From: Octopus vulgaris
Taxonomy: Eukaryota
DNA: 64,000 nt
Direction of reading: 5' to 3'
Assembly: GCA_951406725.2 (NCBI GenBank)
Contig: OX597817.1
Coordinates: 2,666,001 to 2,730,000 of the forward strand
The position numbers and the translations under genes are program-made. Shown one piece after another: positions 12,063 through 26,643 of this stretch (positions are counted from its first letter, which is position 1; each line of letters opens with the position of its first letter). The notes beneath the pieces were generated by a model. That model was not told the origin of the DNA, did no database searches, and worked only from the letters and a program-made list of their open reading frames with translations.

Positions 12063-13725
12063 CTGTGTGTATGTGCGCGCGTGCGCGTGTGTCTGTGTTT
12101 CTGTACGTGTGTATGTAGAAGCATAAACAAAACCTCATGCCAAAATCAGAATTTATAATCTTGTATATGAGTGTGAAAGAGTGTGTGTGTGTGTGTGTGT
12201 GTTTTGTGAGTGTGTCTTTGTGTGTGTATGGGTGTATGTATATGTTTGTCTTTGTGTGTGTGTGTGTGTGTAGTGACAAAAATGGGGCAGGATGCTACTG
12301 CTAATCAGTATTCTCCAATGTATCACTGGATGCATTGTGGCAAACTTATTCACTCCACAATGCTTTTGGTAAATGGCTGACTCCTACGACATTCCATTTC
12401 TCCTCACAAAACATTAGTCTTTGATAGACCAATAAAAATCACAATAAAATTCATTACAGTACTATAATTAAATTACTTTATTAATATTAAACACATAAAT
12501 CATTCTAAGCTTTTACACAGGGCATTTTATGGTTTTATTTTCGTTTTTTGCCTATTTTTTAAATCTATTTATTAATTTATCTTTTTAAGGACACAAAATA
12601 TCGAAACGTTTACTTACTAGTACTCATTTTGTCGAACTAAAAAAAGTTTTGGCCCCTGCCTGATTTGAACTTGTCTCTTGAAAAGATGTTGATACATCTT
12701 GTGAGTCTACGATTTGTCTACTCATTAGGTAAGAAGAATTTTCGTATATTCATCTTTAATTTCTTAGTTTATCTTGTGCTACGCAGCATTTACTGCCATG
12801 TACAACACTATCCTGCAAAATGTTTCTGGGCTCTGTTTTTCTTTTCTTTGTTTCTTTTATTCCATTTTACACGTTTCAGTTATTGGACTGTAACTGTTGT
12901 ATGACACCATCTTGGATGTTTGAACAAATCGACTCATGTAGTTATTTTTAAAAATAAATTTTTGCCCAACTGCTATGTTATAGTAGCGTAAAGAAGCACA
13001 AAGAACCACGCGTTACATATGCATACACATACGTACATACACGTACATATTCGAGGGGGCTTCCACACAGTTACCGCCGACAAATTCTTTCACAAGTCAT
13101 TAGGTGCTGCGCATTGGGACTAAACTTGGTATCATGTTATTTGCACAGCGAACATCTTCATAATAGCCCATGCCTGCGCTTATCTTAAGTCAGTGAAAAA
13201 ACGATGAAAGCTATTTTTGTCCGCCGCTCTAACGATTTAGCTAATGCAATGCGCTTAAGAATAACTGTGTCTAACTTATGCACAAGGCCAGTAATTTAGT
13301 GGGACAATTTGACTTCAAAGCGCAAAGGGCCAGAACAGATACTGCAAGGTAATTATCCAAGAGTCTGACGATTCTTACAATCGGCTGCCTTCTAAAATTG
13401 AATAGCGGCCAAATGTTTGTATCTGGTATTAGTTGATTCCGTTGTAACCAACGCTAGCTGTTTTCTTACTTATTATGTCATGGTTTTGTACAAGAAAAGC
13501 AGAATGGACAGAAAGTGGAAAATATTGCAGAATTTACATTCTTATATGACATTCCAGTGAATCACTTAAATCAGTCTAAACGATCATATAAACACCCAAT
13601 CATATGTATTAAGTGTTGGGATTGTGCTCGCATTTCGAGTCGATTCAATACGCTTTCGCCTTTGTTACATTGCTATGTTGCATGCGAAGTCTTTTGGGGA
13701 AATATATACATACATACATACAAAC

Positions 13726-13764
<39 letters not shown>

Positions 13765-13767
<3 letters not shown>

Positions 13768-14012
13768 TACAAAATGGGACAAGAACACAACACTTCCAGA
13801 CAATTAGGTGATACAAAAAAGGGACAGCAAAATCATCAAGATACACGATACAAAGAAAACGAAGACGGGTCATTCGGAGTTTTCTTTCCTCAGTCGAGTT
13901 CCAGATTGTCTTTGCAATTTCGGCTGGTTAGACTCGAAATTGATCCAATCTGGCCAGCCCCAAGGAAAAACTAAACTAACGGCATTAGATTCATTGGAAG
14001 AAAGCAGCGAAT
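13765..14012 (-). mobile_element. Penelope-like terminal fragment with a non-canonical hammerhead-like motif
   Basis: Related to 61674-61820; reverse complement cga-CTGAGGA-...-GAAT-gacccgtc-t-tcg; between TA tracts. Confidence 0.5.
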
Positions 14013-14053
14013 GTGTATATATATATATATATGTTTATGTGTGTGTGTGTGTG

Positions 14054-14180
<127 letters not shown>

Positions 14181-14195
14181 ATATATTTATATAAT

Positions 14196-14457
14196 GAGGG
14201 CGCATGGCTTAGCATTTAGGGTAGGGTATTGCACTCGCGATCTTGCGATTGTGATTTCAATTCCTAGAGCGGGTGCTGCGTTGTTGTTCTTGAATAAAGC
14301 ACTTCCCCTGACGCGTGGTACACCGTGAACCACTTCAGACGACGTCAATTTGGTGGAGCACGAATATTTGATCACTATAAACAAATCACTTGTGAAGGTC
14401 GTTCGGCAAAAAAAAAAAAAAAACTTTTCGCTCATACGTCGTCTTCGACGGGGGAGT
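14196..14457 (+). mobile_element. Degenerate tRNA-derived SINE
   Basis: gggcgcatggcttag head, degenerate B box gatttcaattcc; similar layout at 60424-60560. Confidence 0.45.
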
Positions 14458-14473
14458 CCTTCATATATATATA

Positions 14474-15743
14474 CTAGCAGAGATACCCGGCGTTGCCCGG
14501 TTACATTCAATTGAAAAATTAGACTTTTCTGTTATATCTTCTGTAATGAACTGGAATATCTATGTTTCCAATTTCCTCAAAATTGCAGATGAGGGTTATT
14601 TCCCTCTTTACACAACCTAAAAAAATTGTAATCGTGCCACATGTATCCCATACTACTGATTTTTATGCGCATATTCCAAAATTCCAGTCTTATCGAACCT
14701 GTTAAAAAGATTTTGCTCCTGAAAAATGGAGGTCATGGAGCTCTAAAATGTGAGAGTTAAGGCTCCTGTTGGGGGTGGGCATCTTAATGTCAGCCAGAGA
14801 AGTTGAATTGTTGAAAATCTTTTTAACTTGGGTCTTATATCTATTGTTTGAATTTCTTTGAAATAGGAAATACATGTTCACTGGGTTTGTAAAAGAGAGC
14901 AAAGCTACAGGAAACCAAAAGACGAATGGTCATTATAAGCAGTCAGTTACCCTACCCTAGTCGTTACCACTCCCATTGTAGGATTCCTCACCATCCAGGT
15001 GACAGGCACAGCCGTAAGATACATTACGAATCTATAGCAATTGGAAGGGCGTGACCCAACTGAAATCAACATTAACAACTGTGTGACGTGAGGGCTAAGG
15101 AGAAAGTAAAGAGTCACCTCTGGAGTTATTCATTTATTGATTTAAAATTTAAAAAATATTTTTTTGAAATATAAAATTTTTTAATTTAAATAATTTAAAT
15201 TTTAAATTTTATATTTTATATATTTTGTATATTATATTAATTATGTTTATTTTTATGTTTTGGTTTATGTTTTTCATTGTTTGATTTGCCTAATAGTGGT
15301 TTTATCTCTAATTTAATCATTATATATATATATATGTGTATATATATACATCCATATACATACAATACATGCTTTTGTTTCACATTTAACACGTAATACT
15401 GAAATATAGTGAAGAAGATAAGATATTGCTGTGGGCTCGCCCTAGGCTTGAAGTTAAATATTTTTTATTGCCCATGACACTACGTGGACCCTAAGTAAGG
15501 CATGTGCAAAATTTGAATGAAATTGGTTGTGTAGTTCTCAAGTTTTAGGGATGCATAGTGGAGAAGATATGATATTGCTATGGGCTCGCCCTAGACAAGC
15601 AGTTAAAACTTTATTTGGCCCATGACTCTCCTTGGACCCTAAGTAAGACATGTGTAAAATTTGAATGAAATTGGTTGTGTAATTCTCAGTTTTAGGGATT
15701 CACACAGACAGGCAGACACACATTCTCAGTTTTATATGTATAG
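14474..15743 (-). mobile_element. Non-autonomous Helitron-like element
   Basis: On the minus strand it ends ccgggcaacgccggg (GC-rich subterminal palindrome)...CTAG and begins ctatacatataaaactgagaatgtgtg; internal ~148-bp tandem pair 15406-15699. Confidence 0.7.
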
Positions 15744-15759
15744 TTGTGTGTGAGTGAGT

Positions 15760-15795
<36 letters not shown>

Positions 15796-16160
15796 GTGTG
15801 TGCGCGTGTGTGTGTGTATGTGTGTGTTTGTGTTTCTGAGTGTTTGTGCACGTGCGCATATAGGTAGGAATGGCTAAAATATTATCAGTGTAATGTTAGA
15901 GAAATACTTTTTGAAAATAAATTAAGGCAAACAATATATCCTAGACACAAACCGCAATTAGAGAAGTGAAAATGGAAAGTTGAGAGCACATAACTCTGGT
16001 TATTTTATTTCGCAACAATTATTGAATCCGTCATTCAAAGAAATGTATTTTCCAAGTTTTCATTTTTACCTGTCGAAGTAGATTTTCATTTTGCTTTTAA
16101 GAAATGTTATTCGTACTTTATTTAAAAATCATTTTTCGGTAGCACACACACAAGCACACA

Positions 16161-16209
<49 letters not shown>

Positions 16210-16320
16210 ACACACAGCGTGCACACACAATATACACACAGATTTTTGTATATATCTATCTATCTGTATATACATATATATATATATATATATACATATA
16301 TGCGCGCGCGTGTATGTGTA

Positions 16321-16359
<39 letters not shown>

Positions 16360-16369
16360 TATAGTAGTA

Positions 16370-16425
<56 letters not shown>

Positions 16426-16857
16426 TATCCGCGGTTATGGCATTTAATCGGTTTCGCGTCTACAATTGCTGGCTTCAGGTTTGTCTTCAACACCAAATTG
16501 GCCAAGACTGTATATATACTTTCCATCAGTAAAGAAACTATGTGCCTCCGATCAACTCGTCTGATGAATCGTGTACATTACCCAATGCAACTGCAGAGGT
16601 GAAGCCAATGATTACTTTCTGGTTGCCACAACCAACGAAATAACACTCCATTACTCTATAACAGTTCAAAATTTCTTTTGAAGTTTGCCTTTTTCCTATG
16701 GACAAATGATATGATATATATTCTTTTAGTCTTTTACTAAATGTCTCTAACTGTCTATCTCTCTTTCTATCTGTTTGCCTGTCTGCCTGCCTGTCTCTCC
16801 TTCTGTCTGTCTCTCTTTCTATCTGTCTGTCTTTCTCGCTGTTTGTCTTTCTATCTG

Positions 16858-16894
<37 letters not shown>

Positions 16895-17724
16895 ATATAT
16901 ATATATATATATATAACAACATGTTAAGATATTCGTAGTAGCACGTATGACACATTCAGTCCGGCTAATATTTTCTCGTTATCTGATTTGGATTTCAACA
17001 TCTCAACTAGCAAAATATGGTTTTCTCTTAATGTTAGTTTGATATTGAATTTTTTGTTTTCGCTTTACTTTCATAATGTTTCGTTTTTGTTATTTTCTCA
17101 GATATATTAGCAGCCTCATTTTTATCCTACAAACACACTCTCACAGACCATAATTTATGTTGCCAGTGAACCTGTTTCGTTATTGTATTTGACAATGCTA
17201 CTTTTCATATTCGTTTCCTTCCTTCTTTTATTTCATTACGCTATGCCATTTAGCAATGTAACTGTGATTGCATTGAGTTTGATAAGTCATGACTTAGGCC
17301 AAGAACGCATTAGTGTGTCATAAAAAGGCTTCTGGTCTTTTGTTAAAGCACTGATGACGACTTTAGCTTCCATCCTGTTTATATGAATAAAATTTATACC
17401 TGTCACATTAATAAAATTTATACCTTAAGCCATTTCCGAAATGTCTGCCCTTATGCCTAAATTAGATATCGTATTTGTCTTCTCAAAGCCTGCACAGCTA
17501 GTCTCTGTATAGCACTGATTAAGTTAATTTCATTCTTTCAGGGTCGCTAACATATATTTCTGGTCAAGTACAGTGAGTCGATCAGAACAACAACATTTAC
17601 CCCATGTATTTTTTGAATACCTATAAGCCATATAAAATATATGTGTGGGTGTGAACGTGTGTGTGTAATTATGTGAGTATACATATGTGCGTTCGTTTGT
17701 ATTTCTCTCTCTCTCTCTATTTAT

Positions 17725-17758
17725 CTATCTATCTATCTCCCTCTCTCTGCCTGTCTGA

Positions 17759-17803
<45 letters not shown>

Positions 17804-17846
17804 CAGTGAGAGAGAGAGAGAGAGACACACACACAGATAGATAGGC

Positions 17847-17908
<62 letters not shown>

Positions 17909-17943
17909 ATAGATAGCTGGATAGATGGATAGATGGATAGATG

Positions 17944-17976
<33 letters not shown>

Positions 17977-17977
17977 G

Positions 17978-18010
<33 letters not shown>
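17725..18010. repeat. Compound (CT)/(TA)/(GA)/(GATA)n microsatellite
   Basis: Direct reading. Confidence 0.9.
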
Positions 18011-18511
18011 TCAACCATGCAAAAATATACATACACACATACATACATATTCGTTTCTAAAGTTTCTTAACGTGAAACCGGGCATTATAACAGATATTTC
18101 TACCTCACTCACGCACACACCACACACACACACACACATCGCACACACATTCTCAGATACGCAGTCAGGCTTAATATATATGTATATTAAAGTATTTGTT
18201 AGGATTTCTTTTATAGGTCCAAGGGCAGATATTTTTGATGGCGCGTGAACAATCGGTTATAGCGATCTCAGAACTTATTGAAAAGCAATTTCGTCCACAG
18301 CGGGATTTTAATCTTAAAATCTAAATGGACGTAACTAAATACCATAATGCCTGTTGTAGGTACTCAACCGATTCCGCCAAGAGACCTTTATACGTGATAA
18401 ATTATTTTATGAAGTGGGGTGTCTCGTTTCACTCTGCCGTGTGATCATGTGCTATTGATTCATATTCATACAAGTAAGAAGGTCACACGTACATTCCCAA
18501 AAATATATGAC

Positions 18512-18543
<32 letters not shown>

Positions 18544-19096
18544 ACTTATGACAATGAAGCAAACTGTTTCGAATTGAATACAACAGCTGTTTTATCATCC
18601 ACATAGATAAAAAGACCCTCGCTTACTGGACTTTCTGTTTGAATCCAACCAAGAGAATGTAGGACATCATTCCAGTTTCTCGATCAGTTAAACTCATGCA
18701 AACTTGTAATTAAGGCAACAGTAAATTAATTATTAAAAATTTGTTATTTTTAAACACAATATTTTACACGTTATTTTAAACTTTTTTTCTTGTTTTTTTT
18801 TTTACTTGTTTCTGTCATTAAACTGCGGGTATGCTGGTGCAGCACCTTGGGCTGTTTTTGTCAAAGTAATCGACCCTAGTACATATTTAAGTTTTCATAT
18901 ATATCCTTTCGGCTTCTCTCTTTTTACCGAACCTCTAAGTTGCAGGCATGTAATCAAACCAACACTGGTTGCCAATCGGTGATAAAGGACAAACAAATGT
19001 GCATGTGGACGTGCACGTGTGTGTATGTATGTATAAGTAAATGAAAGGTAAATCACACGAAAACAAATACATGAATTTCTGCAGACTTACCTTGTA

Positions 19097-19132
19097 TTCA
19101 ATATTTCGGGGCTATGATCCCATTTTCAAGAA
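19097..19132 (-). ncRNA. Degenerate hammerhead downstream of a GIY-YIG remnant
   Basis: Reverse complement ttc-TTGAAAA-t-ggg...ccc-GAAA-t-ATT-gaa; two core transitions. Confidence 0.45.
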
Positions 19133-19199
19133 AATAAACGAATGCTACCGATGTGCGTGTGTGTGATCGTGTGTGGAGTGGACATGCGCAGAAAGGTGT

Positions 19200-19750
19200 T
19201 GCTATAACAACCAGCTAGCTTCCTGTAACTCTCTTCTGTTGTTGATCTTAGGTTTCTTTTGGTGTATGAGGATGGCCTCAGAGATTCTAAGGTTGCCCCT
19301 GTTCCGCTGTGTTGCTTTGATGTGCACTGTGAATTCCCGGATCTGGCATTTCCGTAGATGTTTCTTCACGGAAGTGTCTGCCTACATGTGTTCCTTAATG
19401 CGTATATGCAGTTTTCTTGTTGTGCTTTCTATGTAGGATGTACCACATTTGCTACAAATGATCTTATACAAAACATAGGTCCTCTGGCGCACTTTAGGGT
19501 CATTGTTGGGGCAGTTCAATAATGTACACTCCTCGGAGTAGTGAGAGGTGTTGTTCTTGGGCAGAGCTTTTCTCAGGGAAGGGCCGGTGTCAACTATCTG
19601 TATGTCGAGTCTTTCCTGCGGACTGCGTGTTGTATCGTTGCAGTAGTTCTGTCGTCAAAGTGTGGTAGCTTTAGGAAACACATGCCGGACACGGGAGTAT
19701 GATGGTTCTTCCGGGATTAATTGACCTTGACGTTCTTTAGGCGCCGTTGT
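19200..19750 (-). pseudogene. Penelope-like GIY-YIG endonuclease remnant
   Basis: Reverse complement translates to YVLYKIICSKCGTSYIESTTRKLHIRIKEHM*ADTSVKKHLRKC...LRISEAILIHQKKPKINNRREL. Confidence 0.85.
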
Positions 19751-19779
19751 TTATCTAAAGATGGTGGGTAACCCTGAAT

Positions 19780-20375
19780 GTCAAATTAAAACCGCCTGGA
19801 AAAGATTGACCGTAAGTAAACTCTACTGTACAAGCGCACTAAGTTTTAATGTTCTAGCTCACTTCTGTTGTTTACAGCACTGCTTGGAGGGAAGGTGTGT
19901 AGCATGTGATCGTCGCTTTGACCATGACAGAGAAAGTTGTCATGGCGATAGCTGCTCAGTGGTCTATGCAATGTTGCAGAAAGTGTATGGAGAAGTGTGT
20001 ATGAGGTGCACACAAGTGTACGTCTGGTTCAGACGTTTCCAAGATAGCCGAAAAATGTCGATATTAACAAACGTTCTGGGAGACCTGCAACCAGCAGAAC
20101 TGAGAAAAACATCTCAGATGTGCGTGCAACTGTGAGGTGAAATTGTCGAGGTGAAATTGTCTGTGAGTTATCAGAGGATATGTAAATTAGTTACGATCCA
20201 ATTCGCTCCATAATCACTGAAGATTTGGATATGAGACGTGTATCTGCCAAGATTGTGCCAGAACTGCCTTCAGTTAACCAAAATGACACTTGGGTTTCAG
20301 TTGCACAATATCTCTTTGATTGTGTTGAGAACGATGGAAACTTTCTGAAAACTTTGCGTAGGCCTCTGGCAAAAT
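19780..20375 (+). mobile_element. Mariner (Tc1/mariner) internally deleted remnant, N-terminal HTH region
   Basis: YAMLQKVYGEVCMRCTQVYVWFRRFQDSRK and MRRVSAKIVPEL (WVPREL-like motif). Confidence 0.8.
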
Positions 20376-20378
20376 TTG

Positions 20379-20414
20379 ATGCATGCATGCATGCATGCGT
20401 GCATGCATGCATGC

Positions 20415-20447
<33 letters not shown>

Positions 20448-20570
20448 TGTATGTATGTATGTATGTGTGTATGTATGTATGTATGTATGTATGTATGTAT
20501 GTATGTATGTATGTATGTATGTATGTATGTATGTATGTATGTATGTATGTACGTATGTATGTATGTATGT
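20379..20570. repeat. (GCAT)n/(GTAT)n microsatellite
   Basis: Direct reading. Confidence 0.95.
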
Positions 20571-21434
20571 GACAGACATTCACAAATAGTACCACATTCA
20601 CGCACAAAGAATTGATCGCACGTAACAATAGTAGAAACACTTATAGAAGATGCCACGTTGTGGGACTGAACCCGAAATAAGCGAGTTCCTTAATACCACG
20701 GTCATACTCGCGACTATTCTTTAAACTTTAGAATTATATATTTGTATATGGTTATGTCGTTATGCTTAAGCAGTTATGGTTGAGTGACTAATATCTATTT
20801 GCTTTGTCGCGAGTTCGTACCAAGATTTATGGATGTCGCGAGTTCGTACCAAGATTTATGAGTAGAATTGGGTAGACGGTTACTATGTAGAAGCCCAAGT
20901 ATGTAAAATAACTCGGCTTTGGAATCACAGCTACACTCTGTCCAATGGATAGAAATCAAAAATTCATCCATAGTTCCAGGCAATTCGCGTATATCAACAT
21001 AAAGAATTACTTTAATTACACACATATCTGTGGAATACTCAGCTACTTACAAATTATTTTAACTAGTAAGTCGTTTAGTTGATCCCGTAAATGAATGCTA
21101 CCCGTTGAAATCGACAGAGGATGCATCAACTGATTCGAGTAAATAGGTAAAAATCATGGATGCATGGAATCGTACTTGCATTTGAATCACATAAATGTGT
21201 ATGCCGATGCTTTGGGGTTTTTTTTATGCATTATTGCCTAATTTACACTCTCGCGGAAACCATTTACACGCAAAATACAAAACCTCGCACACACAAGCAT
21301 GCAGAAAAACAGGGGTGGGGAGGGGTGCGAGAGATAAGGAGAAAAATCGCTCACATTATTTCGTATATGTGTGTATAAGCATGTGAATGCTTCTATCGTT
21401 CTGCCAAGCATTTATTGCTAAGTCACGCAAGTGC

Positions 21435-21786
21435 AAAAACACAGATATAGATACACGTATATTCACAAAAACACAGATATAGATACACGTATATTCACAA
21501 AAACACAGATATAGATACACGTATATTCACAAAAACACAGATATAGATACACGTATATTCACAAAAACACAGATATAGATACACGTATATTCACAAAAAC
21601 ACAGATATAGATACACGTATATTCACAAAAACACAGATATAGATACACGTATATTCACAAAAACACAGATATAGATACACGTATATTCACAAAAACACAG
21701 ATATAGATACACGTATATTCACAAAAACACAGATATAGATACACGTATATTCACAAAAACACAGATATAGATACACGTATATTCAC
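21435..21786. repeat. 32-bp minisatellite, 11 copies
   Basis: Unit aaaaacacagatatagatacacgtatattcac; copies appear identical. Confidence 0.95.
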
Positions 21787-23595
21787 AAGCACAAATATCC
21801 CTGCAAAGAAGGGAAATACACACGTATGCATACATAATTATGTTTGTATATGCTTATGTGTGTTTGTGTGAATGTACTATTTTTGCTTTATTTTCTGGTT
21901 CAAAAATATGTGGGTGCTCCGTACATCTTCCAGTTATGCAGTCCTTACTCAACCACTTAATGCAAATATGTATATATGTGAGTGTGTGTGTGTGTGTTGT
22001 TTCTGTGTTTGTGTGTGTACATGCGGAAAGAACACGTGACAGATAGACAGATGTACATATATTTATATACACATACGTTCATCCATGCAAGCATAAATGC
22101 ATGCATAAAAGCATATGCATATGTGTGCGTGTGTGTGTGTTTTGTGTGTATATATATATATATATGTATGTATGTGTATATGTATGTATGTGTATGTAAG
22201 TATGTATGTGTATGTGCATGTATGTATGTGTATGTGCATGTATGTATGTGCATGTATGTATGTATGTATGTATGTATATATATATATATATATATATATA
22301 CAGACAGACGGACGGACGTACATACACACACATGTATATATATTACATACATATATACATGCATGCAGGCATACATACGTGCATAGAATATGAACGCATA
22401 CATGAATATGAGTGTTTTGAAGAAAACATTGAACTAGCTACGACATTCCCAGAGGATATAGTGTTAGAGTTTAGCCGGACTAAATGTTTCTGGATTAATA
22501 GAAACACTGCTAGACCCATCTAGTAACATTTCTATCAATGGTCTGAATATTTCTCTGCTTCGAACCTCCAGCTTCTATATCCAGACTATAGATTCACATT
22601 TATAATGATAATAATAATCGGTACACTTAGCTGTGTTAGTAAATACTTAAACGACAAATTGGTAAAGGTTTTGAGGAAGGTAAATCAACTAGTTAGTATG
22701 CACGTTAAATATACAATCTGTAAGGGGAGTAATAAAAATATACAAGACTTTTCTCAAGTTTAAAATGTGTTATGTTTATTAACTACATTCCAGCGATGGA
22801 GCTTTGTATCTTTGTTAAAAGCAACTCCTTTCTGTAAGGAAGACTTCAAAATAATTATGAGCAAACGAGAACAGAGATACGTACATATGTGCAGATGTTT
22901 ATGTTGCTAGGATTTTTTAATAAAATCTTGAACAACTGGGAGTTTCACAAATTCAGATAGTAAACAGAAGCAGGAAATTATATGAAACTTCGACATAATC
23001 TAATATTTAACATGCTATTCTCGCTGTCTATATTCCAAAGATGGAGCGATATTTCCGTGTTACAAACCAACTCTTTCCTCTTATGAATAATTCATATGAG
23101 TTACATGTATATATGAGAGAATGCATGCCTTTATCTAAACTAGGTTTGCGAGGCGATATATATATAAATTCACAGACACTTACAGAAAAAGACTAGATAT
23201 TGATTAAAAATGGATATATTATAGTACGTGTAGGTGTATGTGTATACGTGTGCGAGTGTATTGTACATGTATATATACATGTATGTTTGTAGGCTTGTGA
23301 ATATTTATATATGTATGCAAATGTTCACATGCATTGGCGGAGTATTTTCGTACATGCGCGTTCGTGAAGAACAATTTTCCAGGATTTTCTTTTTTCTTTT
23401 AGCATTATGAAAAAATCGATGTAAATTTACTATAATTTATTGTTTTTGGTTTTGAAGTCTTTTTTTCATTTTTTTCTTTTATTTACTTATTTTATTTCAT
23501 CTTATCTAATTAGGAAATAAATTATCAATAAAGTCTATTTTATCACTTCCTATAATTAAATGATATCAACGTTACAGTAGCTAATGGAGGAGCTA

Positions 23596-23630
<35 letters not shown>

Positions 23631-23754
23631 ATTATTATTATTATTATTATGAGCTGGAGGAGAGTAATGTGTAGGTGAAAATGGAAATGGACTGCAATTA
23701 CTCTGTTGTATGTGATATTGGTGGGAATATTGATTGTGAACGCCGCAAAGATAT

Positions 23755-24170
23755 TTTTTGCAGAATGGTAGAACGGCATTTCTTCCGGCCCTTTAGATTC
23801 TGAGATCAAACTCGCTTTATTCAACTTTTATCTTCATCCCCGAAAGTCGATAAAATAAAGTTCCAGTCATGTAATAGGGACGATGGTCTCGACTAATCTC
23901 TTCACCTTAAACTTTCTGTACTTGGACCTAGATTATGAACATCATCAAATCACCATCAACTCGTAGTCGTAGTTGCTTTTCAGATTGTTGTTGTTAAAGC
24001 CGCAATTGTCAGAATTGTAAGTTCGTTAGGAGAAAGTATTATTAGAGTATATCTCACGACTAATTGTGTTTGGAATTCAAATATCGTCGAAATCTACCCT
24101 GTTTCTCCTTTCGGTGTCGATAAAATAAAGTGACAGTTAAGTATTCGACCGATTCCTTAACCCTAAAATT
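23755..24170 (+). mobile_element. Two degenerate SINE family A copies
   Basis: gtcgataaaataaag core twice (23846, 24116). Confidence 0.55.
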
Positions 24171-24351
24171 TCCACTACTAATCTATGTAAAAGAAATGAC
24201 ACCATGGCTTCAAAATTTTCGACCGGATACCGAAAGAAAATAAATGATTTTTTTTTTTAGAATCTCAATTTTGACGGTGCTTTCTCGGAGTGGACTCAGC
24301 AACACCACCACCGCAATCACCAATGCCGACAGAAACTTCCACCACTATCGT

Positions 24352-24655
24352 GGAAGCACATGGCCTAGTGGTTAGGACAGCGGACTCGCGGTCGAGAAAT
24401 CGCGGGTTCGAATCTCAGACCGGGCGATGTGTGTGTTTATGAGCAAAACACCTCAGCTTCACGCGGCTCCGGCAGAAGGTAATGGCGAACTTCTGTTGAC
24501 TCTTTCGCCACAACTTTCTCTCACTCTTTCCTCCAGCATCTTGTAGCTCACCTGCGACGGACCGGCGTCCCGTCCAGGTGGGAAACCTATACGCCAAGGA
24601 AACCGGGAAACCGGCCCTTATGAGCCAGGCGTGGCTCGAGAAGGAACAAACAACA
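24352..24655 (+). mobile_element. tRNA-derived SINE, family B variant
   Basis: ggaagcacatggcctagtggttaggacagcggactcgcgg...gggttcgaatctc head; shares ggctccggcag and ccacaactttctctcactct with family B but has a different 3' tail. Confidence 0.85.
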
Positions 24656-25506
24656 ACCATCACTATCATCAAATCGCCATCAGTACTGCAATAAACAGCG
24701 GTGGCAAAGGGCGATGGTGACAAAGGTATAGAAAATAAAACTAACAACAATACTGGTAATGGGAACAACGAAATTCAAAAATTAGCAGCAACACAGCTAC
24801 CAATATTTCCAACACAACCACAATTACCACCACCATCGATAAAACCAATACCGCAGCTACAAATCAGTAAATAATGTTTCGCGGATGAAGTTCGAATGTA
24901 AGAATAAATATCTTTAACGTCATAGGAATTGAAAAATGTCATTTTCCGAACGTGCTTTTGAAGAACAGTACCCTGATACAAACTACTGTAGAACCAGGAG
25001 GACGCACACAAAAAGTTGTTTTATAAAGGCACCTAGAAGTATATAAGTCTAAAGCCCAGTATAATAGAGCAAGCGATGTAAAAATCAGATCGAAAAGTGT
25101 CTTAAACCTATACGTAGCTCGAGGGAGAAGGTTCAGCACAGTAGAGATAAGATTTCCAACCGAGGCCAACTAAAATTTTATAATACCTCTCAAGCGTGAC
25201 ATACCGGTTCTCATACCAATCTATCTCGGCAGGGGAGTTATAAAAATAAAGGTAGTTGATGTACCGCCAGAAATACACATTTGTGGGCTTCTGTTTATTG
25301 CAAGTCCACTGGTGAAACAAGAAAAAATTGTCTTCCCAAGAGATGCCCCAAATGAGCCAAAGAGATCGAGAAAGTATGGAAACTATCTCAGACATTTGCC
25401 ACTGTTCGTAGCGGTTGAGAGCAGAAAGCCAAGGTATTCCTCGTGCAGTGACACAAATCACTGAAAGACCTTCTGTGCACAGCAAAATAAAGGCTCTCAC
25501 AGATCC

Positions 25507-25576
<70 letters not shown>

Positions 25577-26609
25577 AATAAAAATAATTTAATAGAAATA
25601 CCAAATGACTGTAAAGGTTTGTCGAAACAAGCTGAAGACTAAGAAATTGCACTAAAGTATATTGTTGTTGAATTGAAAATATTAGGTCAATTATAGAGTG
25701 TAAGTATCATCCTATTTGTAATTGTTACAAATTGAGTGATCTCCAACTATTTCTATAGAGACGTCATCAGATAATGAATAGTGACAGACAAAGGTACGCT
25801 CGAGAAAATAGCAATACAAGAGTTTAGAAACATTGTAAGGATATTTTTGTTTTCAAGTTTTAAGAAGAGAGGAACACTTTCTCTGATCCTCCCCTTATAA
25901 TACAGCATGTAATAACGCTGGCTAATTGAATTACAATACGAGCGCATTTCCTCAGTTTCCGTTTACCAAATTTCGCTCGCGGGCCTATGGGCATGCCGAA
26001 GCGATATCAAACGTTGCTTACCCACAGTAGTATATTTTGGGATGGAATCTAGAATTTGTGGAAGTGAACTCTTCAACCGCGTCATCAATCGAGAAATCAT
26101 ATTTAGAGTTTTAAGCAAGAGAAAAACAAAATTATTGTCATGTAAACTTATTGGAAGTTTCTATAAGTGTACAACTGCCGTGTTCCAGAAAGAAAGACAA
26201 AACGGTTTAAACAACCATCTTCTCTCTATATTAGTTTCTTAAACACAGCAGTTAAATAAGGATTTCATAATTACTGGCAGGTTTTTAATGTGTATTACAG
26301 GCATCACATTAGATTTGTCTAAGATAAGTTGAATTTAATACAAACTACGATATATTACATGGTTCCCTATGTATTATTGGAGTGTGAGTAAATGAAACGA
26401 TACGTGTGACTGTATGCGGCGATGCCTAACATATGTCGTCCATAAACTACACGCTTAAACATTATTACACTCGGCCAGTTGTGTTTTATCGTAAGTCTTA
26501 AATTAAAACTGGGTGTAACTAAATATAAAACATATCACTAAAAACAAAGCCTACTATTACCTACATGTTTATGTATACATACATATCTGTGCACAGATCA
26601 ATAGATACA

Positions 26610-26643
<34 letters not shown>

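Noticed and set aside
20805-20860. 27-bp direct duplication
   Set aside because: Simple local tandem duplication with no further structure
21435-21786. CRISPR-like repeat length (32 bp)
   Set aside because: No spacers, no cas genes, eukaryotic context
24352-24425. Possible tRNA-Arg gene
   Set aside because: Continues into a SINE body shared with other copies; it is a SINE head
25100-25900. Possible very old mariner remnant on the minus strand
   Set aside because: Only vague similarity (WGISWED); no diagnostic motif or TIR pair
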